Position numbers and translations under genes: made by a program
Shown here: piece after piece, positions 61,426 through 64,000 of the stretch
How the letters are laid out: the number at the start of each line of letters is the position of its first letter
Position numbering within the stretch: position 1 is the stretch's first letter
The notes under the pieces: model-generated
Database searches by the model: none
Told to the model about the DNA's origin: nothing
Seen by the model: only the letters and a program-made list of their open reading frames with translations
DNA from: Candidatus Marinacidobacterales bacterium
Lineage (GTDB): Bacteria > Acidobacteriota > Vicinamibacteria > Marinacidobacterales > DATDRI01
NCBI GenBank assembly: GCA_965219415.1
Contig: CBDCNP010000001.1
Coordinates: 160,001 to 224,000, forward strand
Length of the DNA stretch: 64,000 nucleotides
Reading direction: 5' to 3'

Positions 61426-63982
61426 TTACTGAATGTAGCCGAGCGAGCGTAACTGCTGCAGCTGATCGGGAGAGAGCGCCACGTCTTCCGCGGCTTGGAA
61501 CTGGGTGGCGAGCGCCTGATGCGCCTCCCACTGAACTTGGAGTCGCTTGCGGTAAGCCTCGACGAGCTCGGGGTAGCGTTCGTTGACGTTGTGGAGAGCA
61601 TAGGGGTCGGAGAACAAATCGTACAGCAGCAGGCGCGGGGCCTCGGCAAAGTACGGATGCGTGGCACCCCAGCGACCCCCCGACGGGATCGCATGACGGC
61701 CGAGGTTGGGATCGGCGCCTTCCTTCACCGGGCTTACCTCTAGAGACGCCCCCCAGCGGCCATCGATCATTTCGATGTTCCCGTACCATTCTCCAGTCTC
61801 GGCATCGACCCGGAACTCGTCGAAGACGACGGGACGTTGCTCCCACCCGTCTTCCCCGGCAGGTCCGGCAGACCCGCGCAATAGGGGCGCTAGCGATTGC
61901 CCTTGCAAGACGTCCGGCTGCGGCAAGCCCACCAGGTCGAGCACGGTGGGCAACACGTCGATCATGGATACCGGCTCCGCAAAGCGTTGACCGCCCGCGT
62001 GGCGTCCGGGCCAAACGAAGATGAGCGGGATGCGACTATTGAAAGCTCCGAGGAGCGCCCCTTCCCAATCGGGAGGCTCTTCCTCGAGCATTCCTCTTCC
62101 GAAACGCGAGTAGCTGCCGGCGGGATGGCCATGGTCAGCGGCGATGATCAGAAGCGTCCGCTCCCATTCGTCACTTGCCTTCAGCCGGTCGACCAGACGC
62201 CCGAGCTGATAGTCCTGGTGCGCCATGGTCTCATCGTAGAGACCGCGGTGGCGCTCGTAGAATGTTTGGCGAGGAATGCTCTCTCGTTCCAGAGCGTGGC
62301 GATACGCGGCGAAGATGCTCGTAAGCTCCAATTACTTGCTGAACATCTTCCCCTCCCACCTGGGAGAGCTCGGCGCTTTGCTCCGGCGAGACGTACAGGC
62401 CGGCGAAGGGAGGCACCGGTCGATAGGGCCAGTGGACGTCGGTCGTTTGGAAGTGCGCCAGATACGGCTCGGCACCGTACCGTTCGCGAATCCGCCAGAA
62501 ATCTTCCTGAAGATCCTTGGAGGATTCTGAATGATGACCGCCTAGGTGCTCGACAAGAACGTCCATCCCGCGTTCCATGCCGATCAGCCGGCCGGCGTTA
62601 GGGTTGGTGGTAAAAGAAGACGTCAAGTATCCGGCGTCGTGCAAATGCTCCGCCATGGTCGTAGCACTCGGCGGCAACGGGGAAGAGTAGACGCCTCGGC
62701 TCAGCCCGCCCAGGACGCTGTGCTGGAGCGAGGTCATGAACGATGCGGTCGACGGCTGAGTCCAAGTCGAGTTGCTGAAGGCGCGTTCGAAGACCGCCCC
62801 TTCCGCAGACAGGCGTTCTATGTTGGGCGTGGTGCGGCGGTTGTATCCATAAACGCTCATGAAGTCCGCCCCCGCACCGTCGATCACATAGAAGATGACG
62901 TTCGGATGGTCGGATCCGTGATCGCCGCCCAGTGTCGGGGCACCCCAAAGAGCCACCGTCCCTTCGCGGGCCGCGTCGGCTTCGAGGAAGAGCGTTACCG
63001 GGCTTCCTTGGTGGGCCTCATAGCTCGAGAGATCCACACTGATGGGTTTCCAACTAGCGGGGTCGGCGTAGGAGTCTTCGAAAACGACCCCGGCCTCTTC
63101 TCCATCGGCCTGTACAGTGATCTTGAAATCGACCGGAATGTCGGAGCGCACGACTCCCAGTTCGAGATCCAATCGACCCCCTGGCGGCACGTTCACGCGA
63201 TAGCTCAGGCTCGCCGGTGTGTGTGCAAAGAGAGTCCGGCGCACCGAGTTCGCCCGCGCCACGCTCTTGACCCCGTAGGGGTCTCGGAAGGTGCCGCCCG
63301 ACGGGACGGCGCTTATCGAAACGATTTCGAAGCTCGCTTCTTCGAGCGCGCCAACCGCAATGCCCAGATGCTTTCAGGGCTTGTCTTCGCTCACGGATTC
63401 GGGGCCCACGGATTCGGGGCCCATCGATCCGGGACGGGTCACCGGGAAGACGTAAGTCTGCAGCTCACCGTCGCTGAATACCGGCGTCGCCTCGACCATG
63501 CCTGCCAAGTGGCCAAGCATGTCGGAGGGCATGACGCCACCTTCGAACTCGAAACCGATCAGCATGCCCCAAACCGGATCCGACGTGCGGGCGCGCAGCA
63601 CGATCGCTTCCCAATCATCGAAATCCCAATCGTCGAGCTCGGTGTAGAGTCCCCCGATGACCAGCATGCCGGCTCGACCCACCTCGAGGAGGGATAGGCG
63701 CAAGGCGCCGTCTATACTCGCGAGCTCCGTGGAGTGGCGGTTTCCCGATCGGCCCGGAATCGCCAAGGGCTTCCATTCCGGTCGCGGCTCGTCGAACTTC
63801 CACTCGATTTCTCGAAGAGCCTCGGTGGAAGGCCCGGCACTCTCGATCTCCGCCGACTCGAGATGCTGCTCGAGGTGGAGTGCAGTATCCGAATCGAGAG
63901 GGCCAGGCGAGCTTCCGCATCCCCCGCCGAAGACTGGCAATACGAACGCGGCAACGTAGGGAAGGTAGCGCTTCGGCTTCAT
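61426..63982 (-). pseudogene. Sulfatase-like hydrolase/transferase lipoprotein, with in-frame TGA (63374) and frameshift (~62330)
   Basis: PNVIFYVIDG, TTPNIERL, WTQPSTAS, AADHGH, terminal QLRSLGYIQ. Confidence 0.85.
63392..63421. repeat. 15-bp tandem duplication
   Basis: CACGGATTCGGGGCC x2, encoding GPESV-GPESV. Confidence 0.8.
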
Positions 63983-64000
63983 CAGCGGCGGGAACTAACC

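Noticed and set aside
61037-61432. ORFs overlapping rnpB
   Set aside because: The region is fully explained by RNase P RNA on the minus strand.
63374-63376. In-frame TGA in the sulfatase-like gene (EDKP*KHLG) as selenocysteine
   Set aside because: The context suits Trp (TGG>TGA), there is no redox motif or SECIS-like loop, and the gene also has a frameshift.

Overview
GC-rich bacterial chromosomal window, probably Acidobacteriota (a PadR plus duplicated orphan ABC permease pair, many secreted beta-propeller/amidohydrolase proteins, DUF4388 proteins). Core features are gcvT-gcvH-gcvP and RNase P RNA (rnpB). There is a competence/pilus-flavoured region (comEA, FimT/GspH-like pseudopilin, SpoVG, a PilB-like protein), cell-envelope genes, and many accessory hydrolases and oxidoreductases. 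About 20 genes carry frameshifts, in-frame stops or apparent internal deletions, so assembly error and/or gene decay must be kept in mind. No CRISPR array, tRNA, rRNA or classical transposase was seen. The best candidate for something new is a secreted FG-GAP/ASPIC-UnbV/thioredoxin fusion (45447-48269, minus strand). It is split only by an in-frame UGA, which is followed by a hairpin fitting the bacterial SECIS model, so it is a probable selenoprotein. Other highlights are a catalytically dead PilB/GspE pseudo-ATPase with MshEN and Cys-rich domains coupled to a small P-loop protein, two DUF222-like/HNH elements with structured leaders, and a palindromic element inserted in frame into a MocR regulator. 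All family assignments are from motif recognition, not database searches.
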